Of a DNA stretch of 64,000 bases, positions 60,636 to 64,000 are shown in pieces (positions within the stretch are counted from its first letter, which is position 1; every line of letters begins with the position of its first letter). Position numbers and translations under genes: made by a program. Below the pieces are notes generated by a model. That model was not told the origin of the DNA. It made no database searches and saw nothing but the letters and a program-made list of their open reading frames with translations. Source of the stretch: Vezdaea acicularis (Eukaryota); contig JAPEUI010000010.1 in the NCBI GenBank assembly GCA_026025075.1, positions 1 to 64,000 of the forward strand, written 5' to 3'.

Positions 60636-61538
60636 ATGTCCGCCCAACCTTCTCTCCCACCAGACGCGGCGCACCCTCCTCTCGCCCCCACTAACACCCC
60701 CCAAACAGCCGCAACCCCTCACCCCCTCCTCCCCTCCCTCCTCTCAACCCTAACCACCAAACACGCACTCCACCCACACCCCCCCTTCCTCCAAACCCTC
60801 CTCAACACACACCCCCCCACCACCCCTCTCCCGCGCCTGACCGAGTTCGCCCTCACTAGCATCCTGCGCAGCAACATCACCCGCACCCTCTCCCCTCCTC
60901 CCTCGGCGCTTCTCCCATGCGACATATCCGGGCCTGGGCTGGCGAGCAGGAAAGTGCTGGGGCCCGTCGTATGCCAGGTTTTGCGCATCGAGGACGTGGG
61001 GCGGAGTCGGTGGGAGCAGGTCGAGGCGTTGGAGGCGAGGGAGAGGGGAGAGGGGAGAAGGGGCTGGGTTGTTGTGAGGGTGGGGGCGGAGGGAGAGGAG
61101 GAGGAGGGTGAAGGAGGAGGAGGGATAGGTGGGGGAGGGGGAGGTACTGCTGGTGCTGCTACTGCTGGTGGGGTGAGGGCGGAGGGTGGAGGTGGGACGT
61201 GGAAGCTGTTACTCCAGGATGCGAGGGGGACGAATGTGTGGGCGATCACGCTCAAGGATGTTAAGGGCGTGGATGGCGCGATGGGGATTGGTTGTAAGGT
61301 TTGTTTTCATCCCGACCTTGCTTTTGAGGGGAATAGAGCTTGAAAAGCTAGTACGGCTGATACAAATGCGGCGCTGTAGCTTTTGCTTAAGGATGTGGCG
61401 GTTGCAAGGGGCGTCGTGTTGCTGGAGCCGAGGAGTACGGTTGTGTTGGGGGGTGTGATCGAGGAAGCGAATCGAAAGTGGGTGGAGGGCCGGAAAGAGG
61501 AACTTAAGAAGGCCGTGGGGCCCGGTGGGGCCGGGTAA
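60636..61538 (+). CDS. RMI1: RecQ-mediated genome instability protein Rmi1 (OB-fold), 2 exons (intron 61299-61379)
   Basis: GPVVCQVLRIEDVGRSRWEQVEALE, WKLLLQDARG and MGIGCK|LLLKDVAVARGVVLLEP. Confidence 0.85.
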
Positions 61539-61743
61539 GAGGTTGTTTCGAGCAGTCCGGGAAAGTAACGTAGGGGTGGGGGGTCGTCTGCTACAGGGAC
61601 TACGATGAATACAGGAGAATGCTCGCTTCGGTGGAGTAATCTCTAAAGGGTGGAGACGATTTTTCTGATTAACCCGCCCATCTCAGGCCCAGCGATGGTA
61701 TCGGCTATATCTGTCTCAATACTCCTTTTCTAGATGATACATG

Positions 61744-64000
61744 TCATCTAGGAGATACCTTATTCTCAAAGAACTTCTCTAGACTTCTGCACACCACACT
61801 AAGGTCCGTTCCACGGGGGTCCCTTAAACCCTCTTGAATCCAGGCCGGCAACTTCCCCTGCACTCGTTCACTAGTGTATCGCCTATCCAACAAAAGGATC
61901 GATGCATAGTCTCCCTTATGTCTTATAGCGCGACCCACCGACTGGTTGACAGCACGCATCACGCTGTTCTCAAGGAACTCTCTAGCAGCCTCCTTCGCCT
62001 TCGTACGCCTGAGGCCCTCAGACAGGAGAGGCGCATCGGGTCGGCCAGACCGCTCGAAGGCGCTGGCTTCGATATACTCGAGCTTCGCTTTCCACTCGGC
62101 GGTCTGTGCATTTGGAAAAGGGAGACCGACAATGACCACGCAACGTCCTAGCGAATCGCTGAAGTTGATGCCTTCGGACATTTTGCCGCCGATGACGGAG
62201 AGGAGCATGGCGCCTTTATGGCTGGGGCTCAAGTCAACAGCACGTGCGTAGTCTTGCAGTGTCGTGTCTATCCCAGTGCTCTCTTTGCTTTCGGAGAAGA
62301 TCAGTTTGCGAGAGCTAAGCTTTTCCCATATGGACTGTCTTTGCGCATGTTGCTTTTGCCATCGTTGGGTGACTTGTGCAAGGTAGGCATAGCTGGGGAA
62401 GAAGATGACAAGGCCATCTGGGATGCAGCGGCATAATAGTAAGAGGGTGTTGCCTAGTTCGTCAATCTAACGTTGAAGTATCAGCTCAAGGGCTCTTTTG
62501 CAATGGACGGGCTAGTTTTACCATGCTATCGGATGACCGATTCTGGAACGTAAAGTCAAATTCACGACCACTTTCGCCCTTCAAGACTGGGAATGCGATC
62601 AAGTTCTCTGGCGGTATGACGTGACCACAGCTAAGAGTTTTAATCCGCGCTTTTGGGAGGTAAGAGAAAAGATGGTTGGTATAGTCCGCCATCTATATCA
62701 CGAATCAGCACAGCACACAAAGCTTAGACAGATGTTCTTACCGGTGACATTGTTCCACCCGCAAGGATGACAGCCCTTGCTTCATCTACTATCTCCTTGA
62801 AGTGCTGGGTGGGGTCAAGTAACATATACCGTAATGAAATACCCTTTTCTTCGTCCTTGGAGAAGAAGAAGCGACCTTCCGCTGAAGGGTTTGTCAACGC
62901 AAAGAGGAACGACTGGATCTGCATTAGGACCGGCACGGTAGCTTCAAGCCTCTTTGTTGCTGCGCCTTGAGTACCCTTATTTTCGGCGCTTCCATTTCCT
63001 TGCTCGGGAAACATCTTGGATTCGCTGTGGATAATGTAACCTTCTACTTTCCGGGCAAGCTTGCTCTCTTGGAGGTAGACAAGTAACTTGTACAAGTTGA
63101 TCTGGTCTACGCCCTTGCCAGCCATGAGGTCCCCAACACTGACGATCCCGTCAGCTGCTCGAGAGTCGGCCATTGTCTGTAAATAGCTAGCTAACGAGTC
63201 TAGCAAGCGGACAGTTTGCGTCACATATACCCTGTTCTTTCCCTTGAGTTTGTTGCGGAACTTTTGAAGGTACACTCCAATTTGGGCTCTAGACCGTTTT
63301 AGTTGCTCGAGGGATACACTTGCAGAATAGATGCCGCTGATAGCGTCCATAAGGTTGTGAGCTTCATCAATGATGACGACGTGCCCTTTCAGCGAAAGGT
63401 TTAGGGCTTCTCTAGCGGATTTCTGTAGAAGGAGAGGGTATGGTAATGTGACAATCTGAGACCTTGTCAGCGTGTATCCATGTAATTCCTGCGCCTCACT
63501 GACCTCCGAGGGTTTGATAGTGGGCCTCGATGCGTAATAGGGGCATATTCCGAGCTTCTTTCCTAGCACCCCTAGCTCCTCGATATCCCGTATCTTTGCA
63601 AGAGTGTGATCACGGAACTCATTGACAAGTGTCTCATTTTCTTTATTTGGAAGTTGTGGGCACTTCTGATCAGTAGGGGTCCCTATCCAGGTATTAGACT
63701 CGTTAGGGAACGTTGAAAATCTGAAAACTCGCCAGGCCGTTGGAGTTCTAAGCACCGCTCATTTATAGCTACCGCACTACCCAGTTTGGCAACTTTGGGG
63801 TTGATGCATAACGTCTTTCGTGAAGCTAGAGTCAGGTGCTTGATCTCCTCTTCGACTGTGTCTTCTTTTATTTCCCATGAAGTCAATCCAGGGGAAAAGG
63901 AAGGAGGAAGCTTGACGCGGCGGAGCTCATCCACAAATTGTATTAATTGTGAATGCGTTCTGGAGCAGTAAAAGATCTTAGTCTCCTCCTCGAACTCCTC
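61744..64000 (-). CDS. CHL1: Chl1/DDX11 Fe-S DEAH DNA helicase, 3' part (5' end lies beyond the window); introns 63683-63732 (GC-AG), 63456-63503, 62693-62741, about 62467-62522
   Basis: [58 protein letters not shown] and [13 protein letters not shown]. Confidence 0.95.

Overview
Eukaryotic, intron-rich DNA from a filamentous ascomycete (Pezizomycotina-type GTRAGT/CTRAC/YAG splice signals). I can support about 23 protein-coding genes. A compact core block (9.4-41.6 kb) holds a CorA-like transporter, TAF12, a CE1 esterase, a TLC protein, MRPS17, a Sap1/fidgetin-like AAA ATPase, mitoferrin, ATG9, COG6, BolA, SMC4, an ELYS-like protein, a HAD RNA-repair-like protein and PRI1. A gene-sparse, accessory-looking interval (41.9-53.3 kb) holds two orphan genes plus a divergent secreted hydrolase/Pth11-like pair. 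A second core block holds a Prx5-type peroxiredoxin, SKN7, RMI1 and a partial CHL1. I saw no tRNA, rRNA, CRISPR or intact transposon, and no clearly new multi-gene system. The best sequence-level leads are: frequent non-standard splice sites (8 AAG acceptors and 3 GC donors among about 53 hand-built introns), a C-rich to G-rich gradient along several coding strands, a candidate spliced noncoding transcript at about 6.9-8.3 kb, and a peroxiredoxin facing SKN7. All gene models were built by eye and family calls come from motif recall, not database searches.
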